A stretch of 64,000 nt of DNA from Escherichia phage FL18. Under the pieces are notes generated by a model, which saw only the letters and a program-made list of their open reading frames with translations, ran no database searches and was not told the origin of the DNA. Positions 1 to 9,380 of this stretch are shown here, piece by piece. A program made the translations under genes and the position numbers. The first letter of the stretch is position 1; each line of letters starts with the position of its first letter. Where the stretch lies: the sequence record PP400780; one strand, written 5' to 3'.

Positions 1-128
1 CCAAAACAAATGGAGAACAAAATGAAACTTTTGCTTATTGCTTATGTTATAGTACAATACAATTATCCAATGTTTACGTATAACATGGTAAATGGTGTAA
101 TGAATCTTATTGAAGCGAGTATGGTAAA

Positions 129-308
129 ATGACACGTGAACAAGCTAATAAATTGATGGACCTTATCCGTGACTTACGTGAAGCCGATTCAGATTTGAAT
201 GATGTAGCTTATCATGCGGTAAATGATAACGGAGACTTTTATGAAAATCAGGTTGATGCTTGTCAGAATGATTTGGTGAATTTTGTTGAAACTTTAATTG
301 GTGAATAA
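129..308 (+). CDS. hypothetical small protein (59 aa)
   Basis: ATG at 129, TAA at 306-308, immediately upstream of next gene; below ORF-track size cutoff, found by manual translation. Confidence 0.3.
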   Translation: MTREQANKLMDLIRDLREADSDLNDVAYHAVNDNGDFYENQVDACQNDLVNFVETLIGE

Positions 309-309
309 T

Positions 310-840
310 ATGAAAACTGTAATTGAAACGACTGAGTTGTTTGGTGATTTATGTATCGAAAAACGTGGTTATGCTTACGTTCTGACACAAGAAGATGATG
401 CGGTTACTATTCTTCCTATGGAACTGGACAAGATTTTGAAACTCAATCCATCAGGCCATGCATCTGTAATTAACATTGGTGAAGACCTTCAAGTTCGTTT
501 TTATCACGGACTTTATAGTGGGGTTAATATCGAAACCGAAGATGAATGTTTTTCTATTAATAATTGGAAAACATTTGTCACTAAGGTGAAAGAATTCATG
601 GAATCTGAAACAGCCAAAAAGGCCAAACTTCAATGGGCTAAATGCCGTAATGCTTTTATTACAAATCAGGACCGCCCTGACTATACAACAGTCCTAGGCG
701 TTAATCCTTCTTATGAAGATGGTGATGTCATAGTTATTCGCCAAATTGATGACCTTCGTCAACATATCATTACATTAGACAAAGATGAGGCAGTTGCTCT
801 TAAAGCTTATCTCGATTCTATTATCCCGACTTTGAAATAA
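310..840 (+). CDS. hypothetical protein
   Basis: ORF track 298..840; first ATG at 310 (MKTVIETTELF...) taken as start. Confidence 0.55.
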   Translation: MKTVIETTELFGDLCIEKRGYAYVLTQEDDAVTILPMELDKILKLNPSGHASVINIGEDLQVRFYHGLYSGVNIETEDECFSINNWKTFVTKVKEFMESETAKKAKLQWAKCRNAFITNQDRPDYTTVLGVNPSYEDGDVIVIRQIDDLRQHIITLDKDEAVALKAYLDSIIPTLK

Positions 841-849
841 GGAATTATT

Positions 850-1323
850 ATGATTATCAATGAAAACTCTTGGCACTTTAAAATTTATACCGCGTTTAAT
901 AGTACATGGAATCGTCCGAAAACGTTGTGTGCTTATTTTTGGAAAACGTTAATCCCAGTATTGGCTGCTTCAATTATTGGATTTGCGATTTTAGCAGCAG
1001 TCACAATCATTGGCCAGGAAATTTTAACTAAATTCTTTGTTTTTAGCAGTCTATGGACATTAGTTCCGGCTTCAATTGGTGTAGGCATTTTAATGGTAGC
1101 AGTCATGGCTTTTATTGCTACCGGGTTGGTAATTGGTCCGTCTTGGTTGTTAGACAAATATAACGACAGAAAATATTATAAAGAAATTGAGCTCATTGCG
1201 CAAAACCAAGAACGAATTAAAAATGGACTTGAGCCTATTGAACGTAAGAAATCATTAATAGGTGAATACCTTAAAGCTCGTAAAGAAAAAGTCTGTCCTA
1301 CTCTTGAATATAAGGCTAAATGA
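850..1323 (+). CDS. predicted membrane protein
   Basis: long hydrophobic segments (LIPVLAASIIGFAILAAVTIIG; LVPASIGVGILMVAVMAFIATGLVIGP); stop overlaps next start. Confidence 0.55.
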   Translation: MIINENSWHFKIYTAFNSTWNRPKTLCAYFWKTLIPVLAASIIGFAILAAVTIIGQEILTKFFVFSSLWTLVPASIGVGILMVAVMAFIATGLVIGPSWLLDKYNDRKYYKEIELIAQNQERIKNGLEPIERKKSLIGEYLKARKEKVCPTLEYKAK

Positions 1324-2309
1324 TGAAAACGATTGTTAAGTCTTACTTTGGTAGCCACCTTTATGGAACGTCTACTCCTGAATCTGACGTCGATTTTAAA
1401 GAAATTTATGTCCCTCATGCTCGTGATATCTTGACCGGTAACGTTAAAGAACATATGAGCAAGAACACGAATAACACATCTTCTAAGAACACAAAAGACG
1501 ATGTGGATCATGAGTTGTATAGTCTCAAATATTTCTTTAAACTAGCTGCGGATGGTGAAACCGTCGCATTAGATATGCTTCACACTCCACCAAGTCTAGT
1601 AGTTAAATCTGATTTGCCTGATGTATGGAAGTATATTCAAGATAACAGGTCTCGTTTCTATACTACTAACATGAAATCTTATTTAGGGTATGTCCGTAAG
1701 CAAGCTTCTAAATACGGTGTCAAGGGTTCTCGACTGGCTGTTCTTCGTCAAGCCCTTAAACGTTCTAATGAATGGGGACAATACTTTGATAATGGTGCAG
1801 TAATTCGTTTATCACATATGAAGAATGTTCTGCCTGTAGGTGAATTTGCTTCGTGGGTTGAAACCGAAAACGAGAAAACAGGTAAGCAAACATTCTATAA
1901 TCTGTTAGACCGTAAATTCCAAGATACGTTAACCAATAAAGAGTTCAATGCCATCCTGGTTAAACTGGAAGAGAACTATGGCGAACGTGCTCGTAAGGCA
2001 GAAGCCAACGAAGGTATTGACTGGAAAGCATTGAGTCATGCATGTCGTGGTGGACTTCAATTATTGGAAATTTACAAAACCGGCGACCTGGTTTACCCAC
2101 TTCAGGATGCTCCATTTATTCTCGATGTTAAGCTTGGTAAACATACGTTTAAAACTGTACAAGAATTCCTAGAAGATATCGTTGACCAAGTTGAACATGC
2201 GTCAGAACAAGCCGCTAAGAACGGTATGCAACAAAAAGTAGATATGAGTTTCTGGGATGACTTCCTTGAACAAGTCTACTTAGAAAACCACAATTCGTAC
2301 TATAAATGA
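1320..2309 (+). CDS. predicted nucleotidyltransferase (Pol-beta superfamily minimal NTase fold)
   Basis: N-terminal motif GSHLYGTSTPESDVDF (G-S ... D-x-D) typical of minimal nucleotidyltransferase fold; function otherwise unknown. Confidence 0.5.
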   Translation: MMKTIVKSYFGSHLYGTSTPESDVDFKEIYVPHARDILTGNVKEHMSKNTNNTSSKNTKDDVDHELYSLKYFFKLAADGETVALDMLHTPPSLVVKSDLPDVWKYIQDNRSRFYTTNMKSYLGYVRKQASKYGVKGSRLAVLRQALKRSNEWGQYFDNGAVIRLSHMKNVLPVGEFASWVETENEKTGKQTFYNLLDRKFQDTLTNKEFNAILVKLEENYGERARKAEANEGIDWKALSHACRGGLQLLEIYKTGDLVYPLQDAPFILDVKLGKHTFKTVQEFLEDIVDQVEHASEQAAKNGMQQKVDMSFWDDFLEQVYLENHNSYYK

Positions 2310-2311
2310 TA

Positions 2312-2330
2312 AGGGCCTTCGGGCCCTTTA
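2312..2330 (+). terminator. stem-loop (GGGCC-TTCG-GGCCC) after nucleotidyltransferase gene
   Basis: GC-rich inverted repeat with TTCG tetraloop directly after stop codon; weak U-tract. Confidence 0.45.
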
Positions 2331-2351
2331 GGGGGTCAAAATATTTTTAAA

Positions 2352-2392
2352 AAGTAGTGTACACGCTTTTAGGATATGTTATTATAGACCTA
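2352..2392 (+). promoter_or_regulatory. T4-type early promoter (GTGTACA ... TATTATAG) with conserved leader ATGTTATTATAGACCTATCAAAACAAGAGGAG
   Basis: -35-like GTGTACA, AT-rich -10, conserved leader shared with 5 other sites in window. Confidence 0.5.
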
Positions 2393-2415
2393 TCAAAACA
2401 AGAGGAGAAAACAAA

Positions 2416-2634
2416 ATGAAAACCAAAATGTTAGAAATGATTCGTGAAGCAGGTGATAAAGGTCTTATGGTTAACACTCGTGATGCAGACCAACGTCAAG
2501 CATTCGGTGAACTGAAAGCTAAAGGTCTAGTTAAAGCATCCTTAGGAATTGGTAATGCATTACGAGTCACCTTAACCCCAGCCGGTAAAGCAGTGTTCTT
2601 TCAACCTCTTACCAAAAAATCTCGTCGCAAATAA
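2416..2634 (+). CDS. hypothetical protein (72 aa)
   Basis: ORF with GAGGAG SD 8 nt upstream of ATG. Confidence 0.55.
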   Translation: MKTKMLEMIREAGDKGLMVNTRDADQRQAFGELKAKGLVKASLGIGNALRVTLTPAGKAVFFQPLTKKSRRK

Positions 2635-2672
2635 TTGTTTACTTTTGCTTTAAACATGTTATTATAGACCTA
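2634..2672 (+). promoter_or_regulatory. early/middle promoter (TTGTTTAC plus TGCTTTA MotA-box-like, conserved leader)
   Basis: ttgtttacttttgctttaaacatgttattatagacctatc upstream of 2683 ORF. Confidence 0.45.
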
Positions 2673-2682
2673 TCGAAACGAA

Positions 2683-3684
2683 ATGAGTAAATTGGAGAAT
2701 AAAATGTTCAACGTTCAAATCAAAAAAGGTATCTATCGTAATAACGAAATCTCTGGTTCTTATGTTGCCACAAAGACCTGGTTCCCGGCAAAGCTTAATC
2801 CTGAATGTTCCCACTTAGGTGATGGTAAAATTTTCGTTATGATTGATGGTTCTGAACGTGGAGTATGGGTCTTCAAATCAGACATCATAATGGAAGGAGT
2901 TGAGACATCGCCAGTTGCAGTTGTTGAAAGCACTGAAGATATGAAAACTCGTATCAACAAACGCTTTAAAGTAATGAACATGATGACGAATGGCATTATC
3001 GATGGCAAAATTCGTTCACTCATTATTTCAGGTGCAGCTGGTATTGGTAAGACGTATTCTCTGGATAAAGCACTTAATAATGCTAATGATAACGGTTTCA
3101 TCAAATACAAAAGCATTAATGGTAAAATCTCTGGTATTGGCCTTTACGAACAACTTTGGCCCAACCGTGATGCAGACAGCGTTCTCTTAATCGACGACGT
3201 TGACGTATTCTCAGATATGGACATCTTGAACCTTCTTAAAGCAGCATTAGATACCGGAGATAAACGCAAAGTTTGTTGGAGCACTGCGTCATCTTATCTC
3301 GACGATAAGGGTATTGATAAAGAATTTGAGTTTGAAGGTACTATCGTTTTCATTACAAACGTTGATATCGATAAAGAGTTAGAACGCGGTTCTAAACTTG
3401 CTCCACACCTTCAAGCTTTAGTATCTCGTTCAGTGTATCTCGACCTTGGAGTACACTCTAATGAAGAGATTATGGTTCGAGTTGAAGATGTAATATTATC
3501 TACTGACATGATGCAGAAACGTGGTCTGACGGATGCAGAAACGTATAAAGCATTGTCCTGGATGAAGGCTAACGTATCTCGTCTTCGCAATGTATCATTA
3601 CGTACGGCTCTTTATGTAGCAGATTTTATTTCAACTGATAAAGATGGTTGGGAAGAAATCTCGGAAGTTACTTTACTGAAATAA
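2683..3684 (+). CDS. P-loop NTPase (AAA-like ATPase)
   Basis: Walker A GAAGIGKT and Walker B-like LLIDDVD in translation. Confidence 0.55.
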   Translation: MSKLENKMFNVQIKKGIYRNNEISGSYVATKTWFPAKLNPECSHLGDGKIFVMIDGSERGVWVFKSDIIMEGVETSPVAVVESTEDMKTRINKRFKVMNMMTNGIIDGKIRSLIISGAAGIGKTYSLDKALNNANDNGFIKYKSINGKISGIGLYEQLWPNRDADSVLLIDDVDVFSDMDILNLLKAALDTGDKRKVCWSTASSYLDDKGIDKEFEFEGTIVFITNVDIDKELERGSKLAPHLQALVSRSVYLDLGVHSNEEIMVRVEDVILSTDMMQKRGLTDAETYKALSWMKANVSRLRNVSLRTALYVADFISTDKDGWEEISEVTLLK

Positions 3685-3822
3685 GCTTATAGGAAGTTCT
3701 GAGGTAACAAAAGCCATAAAGATGAATAATCATATGGCTTACCTCAAAGAAGGACACCAGGAACCTACTGAGGGCATAGAAATATTTAAAAATAATGATG
3801 TACAAATCAAAGAGGATATGTT

Positions 3823-4110
3823 ATGGATTTTATGCAAAAAATTAAAGCCGCAGTCGAACTCTATGCTCATCGTATGGTTAGTTCTACAATGCAATATAGC
3901 GAGGAGGTTCGCCAGGACTCTTCCTTGAAAGGAAAAACTAAAGCCTTAATTACCTTAGATCGTTTGCAAAAGAATGCTATAGAGATGCTCCAGTACGACA
4001 AGGGTGTATATAAGAAAGAGCAGGAAGAGAAACTTAAATCTGAAAAATTACAAAAAATCCCGAAGTCTGTTTGGTTCAGTGGAAAAAATACCGAAAAAAG
4101 TTTCTTTTAG
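3823..4110 (+). CDS. hypothetical protein (95 aa)
   Basis: ORF with GAGGA SD 6 nt upstream of ATG. Confidence 0.45.
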   Translation: MDFMQKIKAAVELYAHRMVSSTMQYSEEVRQDSSLKGKTKALITLDRLQKNAIEMLQYDKGVYKKEQEEKLKSEKLQKIPKSVWFSGKNTEKSFF

Positions 4111-4150
4111 TTGTTTACAAGGTCTATGGTTATGTTATTATAGACCTATC
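4111..4150 (+). promoter_or_regulatory. T4-type early promoter with stem-loop-embedded -10 (GGTCTA ... TAGACC)
   Basis: ttgtttacaaggtctatggttatgttattatagacctatc; inverted repeat GGTCTA/TAGACC flanks the -10. Confidence 0.5.
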
Positions 4151-4168
4151 AACTACTGGAGGTAAAAC

Positions 4169-4696
4169 ATGAACGCTAAAGATATTTTCAACCTGGTAAA
4201 TTATAACGACGGTAAATTTAAATCTGAAGCACAAAGTAAGTTCTTTAATGACATTGCTTATGGTAATGAGATTACCGTGGACGGAGGTCAGATTTTCAAA
4301 TCTCGCTGGAATTGGATTGTTATCATAGATTCAGTTGGAATTGTTGAAGTCTACAAAAACACTAACAAAAAACGTACATTATTCTGGTCTCGTGAAACTA
4401 ACGAGCAGTACAAAAAGGATAAAGCATCTCGTTTATCCAAAGTAACCCAGGAAGATATCGAGTTTATCAAGAAAGATATCGAGATGTACGAAAATTTAAT
4501 TGCTGAAGACCAGGCAGTACTCGATAAGTTTGATGAAATTAAAGCTTCTCGTGAAATCCCTGACTTCATGAAAGAAACAGTAAACGAACGATACGCTCTC
4601 ACTTCAGAACGTATTGCAAACTATACAAAACAGAAAGCAGAACGTATTAGTACTCTTCGGAAATTTGAAGAACGTTTAAAGACGGTTCACGCATAA
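4169..4696 (+). CDS. hypothetical protein (175 aa)
   Basis: ORF with GGAGG SD upstream. Confidence 0.5.
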   Translation: MNAKDIFNLVNYNDGKFKSEAQSKFFNDIAYGNEITVDGGQIFKSRWNWIVIIDSVGIVEVYKNTNKKRTLFWSRETNEQYKKDKASRLSKVTQEDIEFIKKDIEMYENLIAEDQAVLDKFDEIKASREIPDFMKETVNERYALTSERIANYTKQKAERISTLRKFEERLKTVHA

Positions 4697-4758
4697 ACGC
4701 TTTACCCAAGGACGGGTTATAATGGTTTTGAGTTCCAATTCAATCTGAGGAAATAGTT

Positions 4759-5754
4759 ATGAGCATTACATCTTATGCGGTAAAACATGAAATTAACGGT
4801 TTATGTGCTTCACAGATTAAAGTGTGGTTTAAAGACCATAATGATCGCAGAGCACTTAATTATGAACAAATTGCTATCCAAGTTCATCAATTACTGGTTA
4901 GTAAATTTGATTTTCATATGCCGTCTGAAATCTATACTAATCTACCGCGAGCGCTTATTAAAGCGTGTAAAGGTTATGGAAAATCAATGGCTGATGGAAT
5001 CTTCAGCGCGCTGAATAAACTTAACGTTCTGTCGATGATTAACTCTAACAATATCCTGCGTAATTTAGGACGTACTGATTTGTTCGGTCGTGAACAGGGT
5101 AAAATGCCTTTGAAATGGATTGTTGCTCATCTTAACGAGAACCAAACACGTTTTCTGGCTGTATCAGCACGTTTACAAATGGGCCTAGATCGTCAGATGA
5201 ACTTTAAAACTCATCCACGTTATTCAGGTTCAACAGACTTTTATAAATGTGAGCTTCAAAAGGTCGGTGGCAAAACTGTCTTAGTAGTTCGTGTAACTTT
5301 TGAAGGACGACGTCAAGGATATTTTAACCTAATTGGCTCTGGTCTTAAACATTGCGGATTTATCGACGAAGTTGATATCAAGCGAGACGGCATTGGATAT
5401 CGTATTGGATATGTTTGTACTCTTAAAGAAGAGATTTTAGGCCCGATCCCAGGACTAAAAGACGTTAGATATAAAGACGAGCTCGTTGAAGAAATAAAAG
5501 AAGTTGAATATGATATCAACCAAGAAGATGCTCTTAAAGACCTTATTGATGAACTAAACCAAGACGTTATTCCGGTTCAGAAATTTGAATCAAAACATGC
5601 TGAGCAAATCAAATACTTTGAAGCTTTGATTAACGAACTTAATGTAACTATTCAACAGACTGACGATGAAATCTCACGATTAGCAGGCTTAAACGGTAAA
5701 AATAAAACAGAACGAGCTAATCTTATTCAAGTAGTAAAACTTCTTAAGGAATGA
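4759..5754 (+). CDS. hypothetical protein with C-terminal coiled-coil-like region
   Basis: 331-aa ORF preceded by promoter-like TTTACCC...TATAAT at 4698-4723. Confidence 0.5.
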   Translation: MSITSYAVKHEINGLCASQIKVWFKDHNDRRALNYEQIAIQVHQLLVSKFDFHMPSEIYTNLPRALIKACKGYGKSMADGIFSALNKLNVLSMINSNNILRNLGRTDLFGREQGKMPLKWIVAHLNENQTRFLAVSARLQMGLDRQMNFKTHPRYSGSTDFYKCELQKVGGKTVLVVRVTFEGRRQGYFNLIGSGLKHCGFIDEVDIKRDGIGYRIGYVCTLKEEILGPIPGLKDVRYKDELVEEIKEVEYDINQEDALKDLIDELNQDVIPVQKFESKHAEQIKYFEALINELNVTIQQTDDEISRLAGLNGKNKTERANLIQVVKLLKE

Positions 5755-5811
5755 TGTACAACCAAGGATGGTTGGAGTATAATGAATCTATCTTAACGAG
5801 AGGAAAATATT

Positions 5812-6765
5812 ATGACACGTTCACATTACATTGATTATTTTGCAGGTCTTATCGCTAACGTTCATGCCCAACGTGCTTCTGGTTCATTAGGATTTGATGT
5901 TCCACACCGAGTTGTAGTAAGTGGTATTCTTCGCGATTTTGGTACATACACAGGCCAAGAAAATCATATCTGTAAAGATACTCAGAATGCGTATTCTCAT
6001 TCATTAGGGACACTGCTTCAATGGTTCAAACGTTCTCGTTTATTATCTTCGACTGTAGCTCGCGATAACATTAAAAACTTTATGAAGCCGAGCTTTATTA
6101 AATCTGCGACATCTAAAACCGATTTGGTTGAATTCACTATTGTTAATGATGTTAAAAAGACTCATTTGGCTGATTGGTTATCTACCATTCCTGAAACTAA
6201 ATTTGCTGATAAATTTGCTTGTGAATTCAATAACCAAGTGAATATGCTTTTTAAACATTCTCGTAAATTATTTACAGGTGGCGATGGTCGTACAAATAAA
6301 GTTCATGCTAAAGATTGGGTTACTGCAGTATTCAAACCAACCGGTAATGGTAACGCATCATTGTCAATTGATATCCAGGTTCCTTATTACTACTCACGTA
6401 ATCTCGGTACCATGAAAGCCGAAGAAATTAATAAGCGCAACAAAACCGTTCGTTCGCTGTCTTATAAACTTTGTACGATGTTACAGATTATGGATGTTGT
6501 TGAAATGTTCGACGAAACCGAAGATAACGGTTCAATGTTATTCAGTTCTAATATTCGAATTAAGCTGAAGAACCCTAATACATATAAACCTAAGCCTATT
6601 AAAGAACCTAAAGTAGAAAAAGTTGATAACTTAAGAGAAGAACGCGAATATCTCAAATCTCGTCTGAAAGAAGTCGAAGCCCAGATTGCAGAACAGACTA
6701 AATCGTTAAAAGCTCTGAATGCGAAAGCGGATGGTTTACGAAATGCCATTGAGGTATTGAAATGA
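5812..6765 (+). CDS. hypothetical protein with C-terminal coiled-coil-like region
   Basis: 317-aa ORF with GAGG SD; preceded by GTACAACCAAGGATGGTTGGAGTATAAT promoter cassette. Confidence 0.5.
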   Translation: MTRSHYIDYFAGLIANVHAQRASGSLGFDVPHRVVVSGILRDFGTYTGQENHICKDTQNAYSHSLGTLLQWFKRSRLLSSTVARDNIKNFMKPSFIKSATSKTDLVEFTIVNDVKKTHLADWLSTIPETKFADKFACEFNNQVNMLFKHSRKLFTGGDGRTNKVHAKDWVTAVFKPTGNGNASLSIDIQVPYYYSRNLGTMKAEEINKRNKTVRSLSYKLCTMLQIMDVVEMFDETEDNGSMLFSSNIRIKLKNPNTYKPKPIKEPKVEKVDNLREEREYLKSRLKEVEAQIAEQTKSLKALNAKADGLRNAIEVLK

Positions 6766-7076
6766 AAAAGCGTCTATTAGAAGACATTGCAGCTTCAAGT
6801 AATTCCAGTTTAATTAAAATTATTATGGCCGGTGAAGAAGACGATCTGGAAATGCGCGGAAAGATTCATGGTTGTGATGATTATAGCAGCCCTATTAATT
6901 GGAATTCTGTAATGGTCATGGTTGAACGCCGCGAACGTGCTTCTAAAAACGTTCCTAATTGCCCTGAATGTGGAACTGAACAGGTGCAATTGGTCCATTG
7001 GCAGACTAATAATCTTCGTTATAAATGTCGCCATTGTAAACACCGATTTGACCGAGAAGAAAATGACCAAGCGTAA
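6762..7076 (+). CDS. zinc-ribbon protein
   Basis: CPECG ... CRHC paired Cys motifs near C-terminus. Confidence 0.5.
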
Positions 7077-7221
7077 AGAATATATGGAGACTGCTGAAAA
7101 GGCAGTCCGTGAATTAGCAATAGCTTATTATAATGAACATGGTAAATTTCCTGATAGATACAGCGTGCTTAAATCAGCTTTAACTCGTTCATATAAAAAA
7201 TATGCTATCAGAAGTAAGTGA
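7063..7221 (+). CDS. hypothetical small protein (52 aa)
   Basis: in-frame ATG inside ORF-track entry 6922..7221; the upstream part of that entry overlaps the previous gene. Confidence 0.3.
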
Positions 7222-7307
7222 TATTATATACAAACATAAAGAACAAACGGGCCAAAGTCTTGATTACGACGAGACTTTTAAACAAGTACTAGGAATTAAG
7301 GAATAAT

Positions 7308-7571
7308 ATGTTTAAAGTATATGGTTATGATAGCAACATCCATAAATGTGTGTATTGCGATAATGCAAAACGTCTTTTGACCGTGAAGAAACAGCCATTT
7401 GAATTTATCAATATTATGCCGGAAAAAGGTGTTTTTGATGATGAGAAAATTGCTGAGCTTCTGACTAAACTAGGTCGTGATACTCAAATCGGCTTGACAA
7501 TGCCTCAGGTATTTGCTCCTGATGGAAGTCATATTGGTGGATTTGACCAACTGCGAGAATATTTTAAATGA
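7308..7571 (+). CDS. nrdC: glutaredoxin/thioredoxin (T4 NrdC-like)
   Basis: 87 aa, CVYC active-site motif, near-identical to recalled T4 NrdC sequence. Confidence 0.85.
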   Translation: MFKVYGYDSNIHKCVYCDNAKRLLTVKKQPFEFINIMPEKGVFDDEKIAELLTKLGRDTQIGLTMPQVFAPDGSHIGGFDQLREYFK

Positions 7572-7903
7572 ACGATATTGATTTTGCCAAAGCATATAAA
7601 TTTGTAGCAACTCTTCTCGGCCCTGACGCTCCTACTAAGCTTGAAGTTTTAAATTCGATTCCGACTTCATTGGTTCGAGATGCTGAAATATGGACATGGG
7701 ACGACCCAGCTGTTTGTGAAGACCTGTACATTCTGATGAATGACATGATGGTTAAAAAGCCTGAAACAATGGTTACTATTACTGTTGAAGAATATAATCG
7801 CCTACAAGCCATCGAAGAGCTTCTGTGGAATGTTGAATCTGATTTGCCATCTGGGCTAGAATCCTGGGTTGATTATGAAGAGCTCAATAAGCTCCGCGGT
7901 TAA
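7568..7903 (+). CDS. hypothetical protein (111 aa)
   Basis: ORF translationally coupled to nrdC (ATGA overlap). Confidence 0.45.
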   Translation: MNDIDFAKAYKFVATLLGPDAPTKLEVLNSIPTSLVRDAEIWTWDDPAVCEDLYILMNDMMVKKPETMVTITVEEYNRLQAIEELLWNVESDLPSGLESWVDYEELNKLRG

Positions 7904-8004
7904 ACCGTGGTATTCGGCTCGACTGTCTCCCATCGAGCCAGACGTCGAAACAGTTTACAACGACGAAGAAACATGTTATGATGAGCCTTCAATAAATGAA
8001 TTAA

Positions 8005-8202
8005 TTGATATGGAAATGGGAAGAGATTATTATGCAAGTTAAATTATTGTACCGTTTATTAAAAAATGGCAAGCATGATTGGTATTTGCTTATTAAAACC
8101 GATCAGAATTTTTTCTCCGGACACCCATTTACAGTTCGTCCTACTAAACGTCAGCTTCGCAAAGCTAAACGTTCTCATCGTAACTTTTATAACGTTTACT
8201 AA
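8005..8202 (+). CDS. hypothetical small basic protein
   Basis: C-terminal motif VRPTKRQLRKAKRSH resembles C-terminus of ORF 35942..36154 (VRPTKRQIRQEKRKF). Confidence 0.35.
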   Translation: MIWKWEEIIMQVKLLYRLLKNGKHDWYLLIKTDQNFFSGHPFTVRPTKRQLRKAKRSHRNFYNVY

Positions 8203-8204
8203 AT

Positions 8205-8241
8205 TATAAATACCCTTATCTATTTAAGGTAAGGGTTTATC
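8205..8241 (+). promoter_or_regulatory. late promoter TATAAATA plus RBS-sequestering hairpin upstream of gene 49
   Basis: TATAAATA at 8205-8212; inverted repeat ACCCTTA (8212-8218) / TAAGGGT (8230-8236) includes SD AAGGG; ATG at 8242. Confidence 0.5.
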
Positions 8242-8715
8242 ATGTTATTATCAGGCGCAAAATATAAAGAAGAAAAACAAAAATTTTATGATGCACAGAA
8301 TGGTAAGTGTCCTATTTGCCACCGTGAATTAGACCCTGATGTTCAAGGTAACCATCTTGACCACGACCACGAATTAAACGGGCCAAAAGCCGGTAGAGTT
8401 CGTGGATTACTCTGTAATCTGTGCAACGCAGCAGAAGGTCAAATGAAGCATAAGTTCAACCGTTCCGGTCTTAAAGGACGTGGTGTCGACTACCTCGAAT
8501 GGCTTGAAGCTCTTCTTGTTTATTTGAAACAAGATTATTCTGATAATAATATCCATCCTAATTTTGTTCCAGACAAAACTAAAGAGTTCTCAAGACTAGG
8601 TAAAGAGGAAATGATGGCTGAGATGCTTCAAAGAGGATTTGAATATAATGAATCTGACACCAAAACACAGTTAATAACTTCATTTAAGAAGCAGCTTAGA
8701 AAGAGTTTAAAATGA
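8242..8715 (+). CDS. 49: endonuclease VII (Holliday junction resolvase)
   Basis: 157 aa, near-identical to recalled T4 gp49 (MLL.GK.YKEEKQKFYDAQNGKC ... HLDHDHELNGPKAG). Confidence 0.9.
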   Translation: MLLSGAKYKEEKQKFYDAQNGKCPICHRELDPDVQGNHLDHDHELNGPKAGRVRGLLCNLCNAAEGQMKHKFNRSGLKGRGVDYLEWLEALLVYLKQDYSDNNIHPNFVPDKTKEFSRLGKEEMMAEMLQRGFEYNESDTKTQLITSFKKQLRKSLK

Positions 8716-9380
8716 ATGTAGTATATAAACTATCATTTATTAGTAGAATTAATGCTAAAACCCCGCCATATTATTATATTGGAAGTAAAACCAATTGCAC
8801 TTTTGACGGAACGAATATTATTGATAAAAATGGTAAATTTTATTATTCGTCTTCGTCATCTTCCGAATTTCAAAAAGCTTTGTTGAAAGAAACACCGAAA
8901 GTTGAAATATTATATTTTCAATTAGTCGGAGATGAACAAATAACTAGCATTGAAGCTGAATTTCAAAAGAATATAGAAAAAGATATATGGAATAAAGAGT
9001 ATTTTAATTTAGCATATGCTAATGGTCAATTTACAACGTACGGTGTTTCTCCTTCTAAAGAAACTAGAGAAAAGCAATCAATAACCATGATTAAAAGAAA
9101 TCGTAATAAAGGTAAAAATCATGGATTTTATGGAAAGCATCATACTAATTTAGCCAGAAAGAAAATATCAGAAGCTTCTAAAAAATACTGGAAAGAAAAT
9201 CCACATCATGGATTTTCGCACACAAAGGAAGCTAAAATTAAAATTGGAATTTCATCTTCTATCAGGCATAAAGGAAGTGGAAATCCGATGTACGGCGTAA
9301 AACCTTGGAAAACTCCTAGCGTTGTTCCATGGAATTTAGGTAAAATGAAAGAAATGGTAAAACGAGTAAAACATGCATAG
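8712..9380 (+). CDS. Seg-like homing endonuclease (GIY-YIG-like N-terminus, NUMOD-like repeats)
   Basis: VYKLSF ... YYYIGSK motif; repeated K/R-rich helix motifs; GNPMYG; paralogous to ORF 18918..19451. Confidence 0.55.
   Translation: MNVVYKLSFISRINAKTPPYYYIGSKTNCTFDGTNIIDKNGKFYYSSSSSSEFQKALLKETPKVEILYFQLVGDEQITSIEAEFQKNIEKDIWNKEYFNLAYANGQFTTYGVSPSKETREKQSITMIKRNRNKGKNHGFYGKHHTNLARKKISEASKKYWKENPHHGFSHTKEAKIKIGISSSIRHKGSGNPMYGVKPWKTPSVVPWNLGKMKEMVKRVKHA

Noticed and set aside
3722-3928. 68-aa ORF overlapping the start of 3823-4110
   Set aside because: No Shine-Dalgarno and overlaps the better-supported 3823 ORF (GAGGA SD 6 nt upstream); not called, but cannot be fully excluded.
4787-5014. 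75-aa + strand ORF in an alternative frame inside 4759-5754
   Set aside because: Fully nested in another frame of a longer ORF with better start context; likely non-coding.
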